Shown in pieces: positions 35,683 through 46,879 of a stretch of 64,000 bases of DNA (its first letter is position 1; the number at the start of each line of letters is the position of its first letter). The notes under the pieces are model-generated. The model was not told where the DNA came from and ran no database searches. It was given only the letters and a program-made list of their open reading frames with translations. The translations under genes and the position numbers were made by a program. The stretch comes from Alphaproteobacteria bacterium (GTDB lineage Bacteria > Pseudomonadota > Alphaproteobacteria > JAAXGF01): the NCBI GenBank assembly GCA_963555825.3, contig CAUVXB020000002.1, positions 2,112,001 through 2,176,000 of the forward strand, given 5' to 3'.

Positions 35683-36816
35683 CTATTTGACGACAGCACC
35701 CACCGGGATCAGCCCGGTTTCCAGATACCGCCAAAGCGCGATCGCCAGTTTGCGGGCCAGGGCGACGATCATGACGCGCCTGATGCGCCCCTTCTGACCT
35801 TGGGTGCGGTCATGGAACCACTGGGTCAGAGCGCTATCGGGTTGATGGCGGACCCAAAGCCATGCGGCTTCGATCATGGCAACCCGTGCCAGCCGATTGC
35901 CCGCCTTGGAGATGCCTTGGCTGCGGCGCCCGTCGCCGCTGTCATAGGCACTGGGCGTGATCCCGATATAGCTTGCCACCTGTCGGCGATTGGCGAACTG
36001 GCGATAATAGACTTCCCGTGCGAGCGTCGTGGATAAGGCCGGGCCGAGGCCCTTTAAGCGCAGCAGCTGGTGACGCTTGCTTTCCGTGGCCACACACGGT
36101 GTCGGCGCTTGATCACGCTCACGCTCGACCTCGACGATCTGCGCTTGGACCTGGGCCAGTCTCGCGATCTCCCGCGCGATCTCGCGGCCGAGACGGTCCG
36201 GCAGGGGTCGGCCGTCTCCGGTGACCAGCGCCGCCGGTGTCAAGGTCTTGTAGCGCGCCTTGACATTGATGCCGCGAATGCCCTGACCGAATAGCAGACC
36301 CTTGATCCGGTTGATGTGGGCGGTTCGCTCGCGGACCAATCGGTCACGTTCCCGATGAGAGCGGCGAAGGTCCTCCTCCGCGACGCTCGGAATCACCACC
36401 ATGGAGCAGACATGACGCTCGCCGCGGCACCAGGCGATCAGCGTATGAAGAATATTCTCGACATCGATGCGGTCGGTCTTCACCCGCCGCGCCCGGCGGT
36501 TGACCCGCAAGCTGGCCGGCTCCATGACCAGACACTCGATGCCGCGCTGCTCGAGGAACCGCGCCAACCAGAAGCCGTCGTAGCCGGCCTCGTAGCACAG
36601 CGTTATCGTCGGCGTTCGACCCGTCACCTTGACCACCCGGTCCCGCGCCGCGTCCAGCTTGGCCATCAGTCCTTCAGCGTCGCCGCCCTTGATCGGATGC
36701 AAGCTCGGATTGCCCCGCCCCGGAGCCTGGATCGCCAAAAGCCAGCTGTTCTTGCTCAACTCCAGTGCCGCATAAATAGCGTGTTCATTGGAGGTCGATA
36801 CCGGAAACTGTGCCAT
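35683..36816 (-). CDS. IS110-family recombinase/transposase
   Basis: RuvC-like ALELS / YEAGYDG / KTDRID; C-terminal YDSG, GISKAGN, VALARKL. Confidence 0.95.
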   Translation of the reverse strand: MAQFPVSTSNEHAIYAALELSKNSWLLAIQAPGRGNPSLHPIKGGDAEGLMAKLDAARDRVVKVTGRTPTITLCYEAGYDGFWLARFLEQRGIECLVMEPASLRVNRRARRVKTDRIDVENILHTLIAWCRGERHVCSMVVIPSVAEEDLRRSHRERDRLVRERTAHINRIKGLLFGQGIRGINVKARYKTLTPAALVTGDGRPLPDRLGREIAREIARLAQVQAQIVEVERERDQAPTPCVATESKRHQLLRLKGLGPALSTTLAREVYYRQFANRRQVASYIGITPSAYDSGDGRRSQGISKAGNRLARVAMIEAAWLWVRHQPDSALTQWFHDRTQGQKGRIRRVMIVALARKLAIALWRYLETGLIPVGAVVK

Positions 36817-37854
36817 CGTGTCGCTCCTTCTGATCGAGGTTGAAATAATCGAAGGAGCTTGAGGCTGCGTCCTTCAGCCTCATAGCATCTTGTGGCCCCG
36901 CAGCCGCGCCGCCTGGCGCCGGCGGCACTGTTCGGCGAGAGCATCGTTGAGGGCCGCGAAGCTCTCGGCACGCGGGACGGGGACCAGGAAGTTCCGCCGG
37001 ATGAAGCCGACCAGTCCCTCGACCTTGCCCTTGTCGTTGCCCTTGCCCGGCCGGCCGAACCTGTCCTCGAACAGATAGTGGGACTGAAGCTCCGTGAAGA
37101 CGCGCGTTCGCTGCCGCTTCCCATCGCCCAGGATCCGGGCAACCGCCAGCTTGGTGTTGTCGTATAGGATGGATCGGGGGACGCCGCCGAAGAAGGCAAA
37201 CGCCGCGTTGTGGCCATCGCAGAATGCTTCGGTCGTCTCCGCCGGATAGGCCGCAACAAAGCAACCATCACTGTGGGGAAGGTCGAAGGCAAGGAAGTGG
37301 ATCTTCCGTAACGCGCCGCCGATCACCGCCATCGCTTCGCCGAAGTCCGCCTGGGCGTGACCGGGGGAATGGGAGAGTGGCACGAACACCTCACGCGACC
37401 GAAGCCCCTGCTCACGAACGTAGTCCTTCACGATGGTGTAGCCGCCCGTGAAACCGTACTCGTCCCGGAGGCGGTCGAAGATGCGCTTCGCAGTGTGCCG
37501 TTGCTTGCGGTGGCTGGTCCGATCGTCTTCCAAGATCCGATCGATGATTCCCGTGAACGGACCCAGCTTTGGCCGCCTCGGCGGCGCGCTTCGGCGATAC
37601 CCTGGCGGCACCGAGAACGACAGCATCTTACGGACCGTCTTGCGGTCCACACCAAACACCCGCGAGGCCTCGCGGGTGCTCATCCCCTCGACATGACACG
37701 CCCGCCGAACCCGTGCGTACAACTCCACCCGATACATCCCCCCGCCTTCCAGTCAGAGCAACCCTGACAGAAGGCTATACGCGGTCCCATTTTGGTCCGC
37801 CGCAGCCGGATCGACCGGCCGCTTCAGTGGGGGATTATTGCTCTGCCGTTCTCA

Positions 37855-37965
37855 GGCTCAACAACAGCAGCAGGATGTGATAAACACGATTTTGGCAGCA
37901 TGATCAGGAACTGGAATACACCTTAACTGCGCTGCCAAGCTGTCCAACAATGTGGGACCAGCTCA
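37855..37965 (+). mobile_element. Isolated terminal 111 bp of the IS3 element
   Basis: Reverse complement of 23301-23411 with 1 mismatch. Confidence 0.9.
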
Positions 37966-38092
37966 CTCGACAGTACCCAATTTTTACCGTCATGGGAATA
38001 GTTTCAAAGCTATAACCGATTATGGGTAATGCATGGGCGGCGTATCCTGTCGATGTGAGGGTCGCCATGGTCATACGAATAAAGGATACGCC

Positions 38093-38300
38093 ATGTACGC
38101 AGATACAGTTGTCTCATTTTCGCATTCAGACAGTATTACAGTTTTGGACCCTTTGATCGAAAGTGTTTCGCGCGCGAGCGCGGCGACTTCTGACCGAGGC
38201 CGTGGAGGCGGAAGTCGAGGTTTTCATCGCCGCGCACACACTTTTGGTGAACGAGGTTGGCCGCTGCCGTATTGTCCGCCACGGTAATCCGCCGGCGCGC
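38093..38300 (+). pseudogene. IS256-family transposase N-terminal relic
   Basis: Frameshifted DPL.. / ARRLLTEAVEAEVEVF..RIVRHG. Confidence 0.6.
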
Positions 38301-38370
38301 AATTCTTCGAAACTCGACCACACGCTGATCGGGATGCTCAAGGCCCGAAATTCGCGATCGCGGCCGGCTA

Positions 38371-40942
38371 TGAGAACGGCGGCGCAATAATCCCCCACTG
38401 AAGCGGCCGGTTGATCCGGCTGTGGCGGACCAAAATGGGACCGCGTATAGCCTTCTGTCAGGGTTGCTCTGACTGGAAGGCGGGGGGATGTATCGGGTGG
38501 AGATGTACGCGCGGGTCCGGCGGCGGGCGTGTCGTGTCGAGGGAATGAGCACCCGCGAGGCCTCGCGGGTGTTCGGGCTGGACCGCAAGACGGTACGCAA
38601 GATGCTGTCGTTCTCGGTGCCGCCAGGGTATCGCCGAAGCGCGCCGCCGAGGCGGCCAAAGCTGGGTCCGTTCACGGGAATCATCGATCGGATCTTGGAA
38701 GACGATCGGACCAGCCACCGCAAGCAACGGCACACTGCGAAGCGCATCTTCGACCGCCTCCGGGACGAGTACGGTTTCACGGGCGGCTACACCATCGTGA
38801 AGGACTACGTTCGTGAGCAGGGGCTTCGGTCGCGTGAGGTGTTCGTGCCACTCTCCCATTCCCCCGGTCACGCCCAGGCGGACTTCGGCGAAGCGATGGC
38901 GGTGATCGGCGGCGCGTTACGGAAGATCCACTTCCTTGCCTTCGACCTTCCCCACAGTGATGGTTGCTTTGTTGCGGCCTATCCGGCGGAGACGACCGAA
39001 GCATTCTGCGATGGCCACAACGCGGCGTTTGCCTTCTTCGGCGGCGTCCCCCGATCCATCCTGTACGACAACACCAAGCTGGCGGTTGCCCGGATCCTGG
39101 GCGATGGGAAGCGGCAGCGAACGCGCGTCTTCACGGAGCTTCAGTCCCACTATCTGTTCGAGGACAGGTTCGGCCGGCCGGGCAAGGGCAACGACAAGGG
39201 CAAGGTCGAGGGACTGGTCGGCTTCATCCGGCGGAACTTCCTGGTCCCCGTCCCGCGTGCCGAGAGCTTCGCGGCCCTCAACGATGCTCTCGCCGAACAG
39301 TGCCGCCGGCGCCAGGCGGCGCGGCTGCGGGGCCACAAGGAGACCATCGGCGAGCGTCTCGAGCGGGATCGTCAAGTTCTCTTGCCATTGCCGCCTGCTC
39401 CCTATGATGCCTGCGATAAGCGCCCTGGACGGGCGAGTTCGCTGTCGCTGGTGCGTTACCGCAGCAACGACTATTCCGTGCCCGTGGCCTACGGCCACCG
39501 TGAGGTGCTCATCCGGGGCTACGTCGATGAGGTGGTGATCAGCTGCGGGGCCGAGGTGATCGCCCGGCACCGCCGGTCCTACGACAGCGAGGACCTGATC
39601 TTCGACCCGCTGCATTACCTGCCCTTGATCGAGCAGAAGATCGGCGCCCTCGACCAGGCCGCGCCATTGGCGGGCTGGGACCTGCCCGAGGCCTTCATCA
39701 CTCTGCGGCGGCTCCTCGAAGCTCGTATGGGCAAGGCAGGCAAGCGCGAGTACGTCCAGGTGCTCCGTCTACTGGAGACCTTCCGGCTCGAGGAGGTCGA
39801 GGGTGCGGTCGGCGACGCCCTGCGGCTCGGCGCAATCGGCTTTGATGCGGTGAAGCACCTGGTACTGTGCCGCATCGAGCGGCGGCCGCCCAGGCTCAAC
39901 CTCGACGTCTATCCGTATCTGCCGCGCGCCCGGGTCGCGATGACGTCCGCCAAGTCGTACATGAGCCTGCTGTCGGGGCTCGGCGCATGACCGACACACC
40001 GCAAGTGCTGCTCGCCCACCACCTCAAGACGCTGAAGCTGCCGACCTTCCTGCGCGAGTACGACAAGATCGCCCGGCAGTGCGCCTCGGAAGGCGTCGAT
40101 CACGTCCGCTACCTGTTGAGACTCGCCGAGCTCGAGCTGATCGACCGCGAGCGCCGCATGGTCGAGCGGCGCATCAAGGCGGCGCGCTTCCCCGTGGTCA
40201 AGAGCCTCGACAGCTTCGACTTCAAGGTCATCCCCTCGCTCAACAAGGCGCTGGTCCTGGAGCTGGCCCGCTGCGAGTACATCGAGCGCCGCGAGAACCT
40301 CATCGCGCTCGGCAACAGTGGGACCGGCAAGACCCACATCGCCCTCGGTCTCGGCCTGGCGGCCTGCCAGAAGGGCCTCTCGGTCGGCTTCATCACCGCC
40401 GCCGCGCTGGTCCACGAACTCATCGAGGCCCGCGATGACAAGCAGCTGCTGAGGTTCCAGAAGAAGCTCGCCACCTACAAGCTTCTGATCGTCGACGAAC
40501 TCGGCTTCGTGCCGCTGTCGAAGACCGGCGCCGAGCTGTTGTTCGAGGTGTTCAGCCAACGCTACGAGCGGGGCTCGACCCTGGTCACCACCAATCTGCC
40601 CTTCGACGAATGGACCGAGGTGTTCGGCTCCGAGCGCCTCACCGGCGCGCTCCTCGATCGCCTCACCCACCACGTCAACATCCTCGAGATGAACGGTGAC
40701 AGCTACAGGCTCAACCAGAGCCGCAGGCGTCAAACCCCGACTGCTAACTGAACCGACCACCCAGCCCACGCTTGACCCCGTGGGCCCACAGGTCCCTCCC
40801 GCGCGCGCCGCCGCGTCAGCCTGTTGAGGGCACGCCGCGTCGCGCGCGGGGCCCTCCCGTGGACTACGGGGACAAGCCCGCAGCCGCCAAGCGGTCCCTT
40901 CTTACACCGCCGAGGTGGTCCCTTTTTGCTCCGCCATTGACA
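38371..40942 (+). mobile_element. IS21-family element, copy B (istA 38488-39990, istB 39987-40751)
   Basis: Ends TGAGAACGGC...CCGCCATTGACA; flanks CCGGCTA/CGGGCTA; QADFG, YDN, KGKVE; Walker A GNSGTGKT. Confidence 0.96.
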
Positions 40943-41340
40943 CGGGCTACGAGGATGCCGACGATTCGATGCCCTGCGCCATGACCCGGTATTCAAGATG
41001 GCGGTGGCGCGCGCACCGGAGATGGGCGCGGCGCTGTCCTCGCAGCGGACCATGTCGCAGCTCGTGAACGTGCCGTTGAAGCTCTTAAACGCGCCGTCGA
41101 AGATCGCTATCGCACGCATGGTGGCGGCTGTGGTCGAGCTGTTCTGCGTGAGCTGGGATCACCCGCCGGCCGCGATTACGCCGGATGTCGACAATACCCT
41201 CGATTCGGTGCACGGTCATCAGCAACTGGCATTGTTCAACACCCACTACGACGAGCGCCGCTTCCTGCCGATCCACATCTACGAGGCGACCAGCGGCAAG
41301 CCGGTGGCGGTGATCCTGCGCCAAGGCCGCACCGCCGAGG
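40943..41340 (+). pseudogene. IS1380-family transposase relic interrupted by IS21 copy B
   Basis: GYEDADD, RHDPVFKMA, SQRTMS, HGHQQLALFNTHYDERRFLP. Confidence 0.72.
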
Positions 41341-41405
41341 CGCTTGACCCAGCAACGCGTCAACACCACAGCCCCATCGGCGCGACCAACTCATGAACAG
41401 ATCGT

Positions 41406-42254
41406 CTAGTATCCTTTCGGCACGTAATCGAACCGCTGCATCTGCTCGCGGTGATGCGTAACGATCGTAGACACCTGCTCGGGTGTCAGAACCTCCTGCC
41501 ACTGGCCCTCCCGCCCCTCGCGGAAGAAGCGGGTAAACTTACTACGCTCGATAAATCCGTGTTTCTCTTCCTGCTTGCGCAATGCTCTGAATGATGAGTT
41601 CGCAATTGCCTTCTTCAACCGATTGCGTGGCGGTTTCAGACCCAGGAATTGAGCGATCCCACCAAACGTAGAAAGCGGTTTGGCGAGCAAATCTTCGTAG
41701 CGTACGACCATCAGGTTACGGACAGATTTTTGGGTCCAGCTCTTCACGTGGTTGGACCAAGAACTGAAGATTTGGCGCACATTTACATCCGTTGTCATAG
41801 TGCCCAGGTTTGGACTCGACATAGCCACAATGGTTTCGTCTATCGTCTGTCCGTAATGGCGAGAATAGGAAATTGTCACGTCGAGTGGATTGCGAACCAA
41901 ATAGATCGCGGCGACAGTATATTCTAAAGTAATCAATGGAACCCCCTCATCTTCTCCCAGGAAATTGTGAGTCTTGACAAATACAGAATCAGAAAACGAT
42001 CGCGTTAGCAGTTCATGAACTTTGGGACGGATCTCGGCGATTTCCTTGGGCGTCATTTCAGTGCATGGACGGGGGTCAAAATGATTGTAATAAGCCGCCG
42101 AGTCTTCACTTAAACAAAAATTGTTTAGTTGGTTAATATTTGCAGGCACATCAGGATTAAGTAAGAGATTGTGCAGGTACGCTCGCATCCAAGTATTTCC
42201 AGACTTGGGAAATGACGCAAGCCAGACTATATTACCCATACGGCCCGTCCCCAT
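41406..42254 (-). CDS. Stand-alone sulfotransferase (Sulfotransfer_1-like)
   Basis: WLASFPKSGNTW, FVKTH, VRNPLDV..S, RYEDL, FFREG..GQW. Confidence 0.9.
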   Translation of the reverse strand: MGTGRMGNIVWLASFPKSGNTWMRAYLHNLLLNPDVPANINQLNNFCLSEDSAAYYNHFDPRPCTEMTPKEIAEIRPKVHELLTRSFSDSVFVKTHNFLGEDEGVPLITLEYTVAAIYLVRNPLDVTISYSRHYGQTIDETIVAMSSPNLGTMTTDVNVRQIFSSWSNHVKSWTQKSVRNLMVVRYEDLLAKPLSTFGGIAQFLGLKPPRNRLKKAIANSSFRALRKQEEKHGFIERSKFTRFFREGREGQWQEVLTPEQVSTIVTHHREQMQRFDYVPKGY

Positions 42255-42351
42255 CTTCCAATTTGCACCAGTCCACGGCGAGGGTCGCTAGTGAAAGTTC
42301 GATACTCACCACTCGACCAGCAGCTACGTGGTTTTATTTGCGGCATCCTGG

Positions 42352-44172
42352 TCAACTGCGAAAGCCAAAGAGAATCGTTACATTAATACGGCGGTTCTCG
42401 TAACCTTGCTTGAATCGGAACTTGTCGCTCTTGTGAAAGAGGTTGGAATTGAAGATTACAGCCCGATTCTGTCGGTACGGTATTGTAACTTTGTCACTTC
42501 CCTCAAGAAACGCAGCAACACTCTCTTGATTTTTATTGTATTTGTCAAAATTCCAATCTGACGGTGCCTCACGTTTGTATATGACGAGCCCGCCACTGTC
42601 TGGATCGAGATTCGCGTCGTCAGGCGTTATCCAGAAGTTTACATTTATGGCCGCCGCGTCGGCGTGAGTGGGAATGGCGCGCATTGTGCTATCATATTTG
42701 TACGCCCAGATTTGACGAAACTTGTGATCCCCGATTATCCCGGGAAACCCCTGCCTCAAAGATTCAACAATTTGGAACAACAGGCCGCAGCCGAAACCTT
42801 CGCTTAGGTATGCGCCGAGGTAACCACCACGGTCGTTGAAATCGTACCAAATGGTTGATTCGAGGCAAAACCGGCGCAACGCCTCGAATGCATCGCCCGC
42901 GATCAGATTGTCTACCACGGTCAGACCGGGTGCGTTGCCATGGAAATCGGCCTCAATAGCGGCATGATCGAGCTCGCCGTTAATTGGATCATCAGACATG
43001 GCCGGAGCATCAGCAGTGTGAACCAGCCTGTTGTAAGTGCCGCCGATCTCGCTCCTCTGTGTCGAATTCAACGGTATGACGGCGCCGTCCGGATGAGACG
43101 CAATGACCTCGGCGAGCACAGACTTGTACGCGTCGATTTCGGTAATGGACGAGGACGGCAGCAAGCCGCGGGAATCCAGGTACTCGAATTGCTCGATATC
43201 GTGCCGAAGTTTGTGCGCCGCGGTGAACCTGTACGTGCTGTATTGCTCCCGTTGCCCGGCCGATTCATGAGAACTCGGCTCCGTTGAGATGTCGCGCTTT
43301 AATTCCAGGCCCGTTTGGTAGCACCCAACCGCCTCGTCAAGATCGCCTCGGGTGAGCAGCGCCATGCCTAGATTGGTATGTCCGGCAGCAAATTCGGGCC
43401 TGATGGTTATCGATTTTCGCAGGCACTTCACGGCATCCTCGGTCTTGCCCAGACTCCTGAGCGCGGCGCCGAGATTGGAATATGTTATCGCGTCGTTGGG
43501 ATATAGCTCGACTACCCGCTTAAAATTCGCGACCGCCTTTTCTGGTTGACCTTGAGCCTGAAAAGTCATGCCTAAGGCTGAAATCGCACCGGCGAACTTG
43601 GGATTGATCTCGATTGCTCGTTCATAGGCGGCAACGGCGCGATCGTAATTGCCACGACCACGCCATGCATTACCGAGATTTGCGTGAGCCTCGGCAAAGT
43701 CAGGCTGAAACTCGATCGCCGTCTCCAATGCATCGACGGCTTCATCACGCTTGCCCAATGCATTAAGGGAGGCGCCTAGTGTGTTGAGCGCATCGGGGAG
43801 AACCTCCCTTAGGTCGAGTGCCCGACGGCATGCATCGATGGCATCCTCATAGTTGCCGACGGCTCGAAATGCCTCACCCAAATGGGAGTAAAGACTGGGC
43901 GATCGCGGGAGCTCAACAACCGCTCGGATCATAAGCTCCACCGCAAGGTCTAGCATTCCCTTTTGATAATAGAGAGCACCAAGCAGATGGAGACAGTTCC
44001 CATGCCGCGGTTCTTGCGCCAGTACTTTTTCGTATAGGGGCCTTGCTTCGTCCAGTCGTCCAGCCCGGTGATGACGCCAGGCGGCCTGAACGATTTGCGT
44101 GGGTGTCAATTCACCGGATTCGCTCAGAGCGTCTCCTTGGCCCAAATCAAAGCCGCCAGATGATTTTGTCAT
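42352..44172 (-). CDS. TPR-repeat protein with C-terminal 2OG-Fe(II) oxygenase-like domain (paralogue of 30524-32320)
   Basis: About 8 TPRs; HADAAAINVNFW, GGL, YRQNRAVIFNSNLFHKSD, RRINVT. Confidence 0.85.
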   Translation of the reverse strand: MTKSSGGFDLGQGDALSESGELTPTQIVQAAWRHHRAGRLDEARPLYEKVLAQEPRHGNCLHLLGALYYQKGMLDLAVELMIRAVVELPRSPSLYSHLGEAFRAVGNYEDAIDACRRALDLREVLPDALNTLGASLNALGKRDEAVDALETAIEFQPDFAEAHANLGNAWRGRGNYDRAVAAYERAIEINPKFAGAISALGMTFQAQGQPEKAVANFKRVVELYPNDAITYSNLGAALRSLGKTEDAVKCLRKSITIRPEFAAGHTNLGMALLTRGDLDEAVGCYQTGLELKRDISTEPSSHESAGQREQYSTYRFTAAHKLRHDIEQFEYLDSRGLLPSSSITEIDAYKSVLAEVIASHPDGAVIPLNSTQRSEIGGTYNRLVHTADAPAMSDDPINGELDHAAIEADFHGNAPGLTVVDNLIAGDAFEALRRFCLESTIWYDFNDRGGYLGAYLSEGFGCGLLFQIVESLRQGFPGIIGDHKFRQIWAYKYDSTMRAIPTHADAAAINVNFWITPDDANLDPDSGGLVIYKREAPSDWNFDKYNKNQESVAAFLEGSDKVTIPYRQNRAVIFNSNLFHKSDKFRFKQGYENRRINVTILFGFRS

Positions 44173-44308
44173 ATCGGTATCTATACCTTTTTATGTACAA
44201 ACATTGGTACGAACTTATCTACTCACGCATCCGCTGGTTAATCCGTTAAACAACGCGCTGAGCACAATGCTCGCACCACGTATTCATAGCAGACGAACCA
44301 TGCCGCTC

Positions 44309-45646
44309 TGAGCTGGTCCCACATTGTTGGACAGCTTGGCAGCGCAGTTAAGGTGTATTCCGGTTCCTGATCATGCTGCCAAAATCGTGTTTATCACATC
44401 CTGCTGCTGTTGTTGAGCCTGTGGGGATGTGGGTAAGCCGTCAGGCTTATCCATCATATCCACGGGCTGCCCGGCGCCGTAGGCTTCCGCCGGCGTTTGA
44501 CCGCCGAGGGACGAATGGGGCCGCTCGGTGTTGTAGAAGTCGATCCACTCGCCGATGACCCGTTCGGCCGCGAAGCCGCCGGTCAGCTCGTGCAGGTAGA
44601 CCGCCTCGTATTTCAGCGACCGCCACAGCCGCTCGATGAAGATGTTGTCCATGCAGCGGCCGCGACCGTCCATGGAGATGCGCACGCCGGCGTTTTTGAG
44701 GACGCCGGTGAAGTCGAAGCCGGTGAACTGGCTGCCCTGGTCCGTGTTGGAGATTTCTGGGTTTCCGTAGTCGGCCAGCGCCGCATTCAAAGCGTCAATA
44801 CAGAACCTGGCGTCCATGGTGTTCGACAGCCGCCACGACAGGACATGGCGCGTCGCCCAGTCCATGATGGCGATCAGGTACAGGAAGCCACGCTGAACCG
44901 GGATGTAGGTGATATCGGCGCACCAGACCTGATTGGGTCGATCGATCTCAATCCCCTTGAGCAGATAAGGGTAAATCCGATGCGTCGGGTGCGGCGTGCT
45001 GGTTCGCGGCGCCTGATAGATGGCTTCCAGGCCCATGAGACGCATCAGGCGCCGCACACGATGACGGCCGACGCAAACGCCGTCCCGCCGCAACTGGCGG
45101 ACCATCTGGCGGCTGCCATAGAACGGATACTTCAGGAACAACTCATCGATGCGGCGCATCAGGGCCAAGTTCTCCGGGCTCTCCCCCTTGGGCGCGTAGT
45201 AGAAAGACGACCGGCTGATCGACAGAACCTTGCATTGCCGGCTCAAGCTCAGAGCGGGATGATCGCGCCGCATCATGGCCTTGCGTTCCCCCCGGCTCAT
45301 CGCTTGAGCCCTCTGGCCAAAAAATCGTTGACCACGGTCAGCTCCCCTATCTTGGCGTGCAACTCCTTGATCTCGGACCCGTGATCCGAACGCGCCCGAT
45401 CTGCGCCACCCGAGAACACATCGCCAAGGCCATCAATCGCCTGACGCTTCCATGTGCTCACTTGGTTCGGATGAACCTTGTGCTTCGTCGCAATCTCCTG
45501 GATCGTCTTGTCGCCCCGCAGCGCTTCCAGCGCCACCCGCGCCTTGAAATCTGCCGTGAACCGGCGTCGTGTTACCATCGTCGTACTCCTCCATTATCTG
45601 GCGGAATACACCTTAGCAACCTGTCCGATTTTCCAGGACCAGCTCA
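44309..45646 (-). mobile_element. IS3-family element, copy 2
   Basis: Near-identical to 23301-24638; flanks CTC and GTA do not match each other. Confidence 0.95.
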
Positions 45647-46534
45647 GTAATCTCGATCGGGCTTGAAGCCGAAAAGCTCATAGGCTCGGATCAAAGTGCC
45701 AAACCGTCGCTGGTAGGACCCGCTTGACGGCATGCTTTCGGCTTCATCGATTACGAGGCCGGAGAGGTATCCGTGCTGCTCGAATAAGCGTTTGAGGCGC
45801 TCGAGCATTTCTTCCTCGGAGAACCGTCGATTTCGCTCTCGGATCATCCCCTGAGCGGTGTAGAACATCTGCGGGTCAATGACGGCCTCGAACACGCCAT
45901 CAGCCCGTATCCACATTTCGGGACTGTTCTCGACCCGCTTTTTCTTTAGCTTGAAGGAGCGGCGGTTATAGACGTTGTTGCCTATGTACTTCTCGTTGGT
46001 CAGAACCTGATGAACGGTTCCACGGGTCCAGGGTCGACCAAGGTCTGTCCTGCCACCTTGTTCGATTAGCGATGTCGCTATCTCGCTTTCGACCTTCCCG
46101 CCGTCGACAAATTGGCGATACATCCAGCGAACGATCTCGATTTCCTCATCAGGACCGGGAACCAGAATGACGCGGTCGGTTTGAAGGCTCTTGTGTTCAC
46201 CAAATTGGAGGATCCCTTGGGGAGCGCCGGTCTGGTCGATCCGCATTCGGCGTAGCCCATAGCCGGCCATGCCGCCTTGTCTAAACCCCAACTCGATGAG
46301 CCGGCACTGGCCGGCAAAGACTTTTGCAGATAGCTCCCGGCTGAATTCGCCGGCCATCGCGCGTTTGACGCCTTTGACGATCGTCGAGGCGGGACTGCCA
46401 TCGTTATCAAACTGCTCGGCGCAGTAATGGACGGAGATACCCTTCCGGCGGCATTTATACTCATAATAGGCACTTTCATCGGCATCCTGAAATCGCCCCC
46501 ATCGACTGATGTCATAGACTAGGATTACTTCGAA
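45647..46534 (-). pseudogene. Large serine recombinase, middle fragment (cut at 3' end by IS3)
   Basis: FEVILVYDISRWGRFQD, MAGEFSRELSAKV, GYGLRR, LTNEKYIG. Confidence 0.88.
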
Positions 46535-46879
46535 CCTTGCCTATCCGGTTAACGCCCATGACCGCTACATGTAGGGTGCCGCCACTCTCCCGAGTAAAGC
46601 TCGGCATAGGTTGGAGCAGAGGTGTCGCCCGCGATGCCGAGCAATGAGCGGAAGGCGTTGAACGGGTAGAACCGCCTGTTGAAGCGGAAGGTGAACTCGT
46701 TGAGGTAGGCTTGTAGGTGCTGGTGGCTAACGCCGTGGTGGATACCGATCAGCCACGTCTTCAGGTTGGCGAAAACCAGATGGATGATCGGCAGGTATTG
46801 CTCGGCAACCTCTGGATCACCACACTCGGCAACAGCGAAGTGCTCATAGCCGCGCTTACCGAGGCCAGCATAGCCGCTC

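Larger units (their letters stand above)
35368..36888 (-). mobile_element. IS110-family element of IS1111 type
   Basis: CTT on both sides; removing it restores the istA sequence GTCTCCTTGTGG; sub-terminal inverted repeat TATGAGGC/GCCTCATA; long 3' non-coding region. Confidence 0.93.
33762..37854 (-). mobile_element. IS21-family element, copy A (istB 33953-34717; istA split by IS110)
   Basis: Near-identical to copies B and C; ends TGTCAATGGCGG...GCCGTTCTCA. Confidence 0.95.

Noticed and set aside
23301-45646. Composite transposon bounded by the two IS3 copies
   Set aside because: Copy 1 has its own GGC duplication, and the outer flanks (GGC and GTA) do not match.
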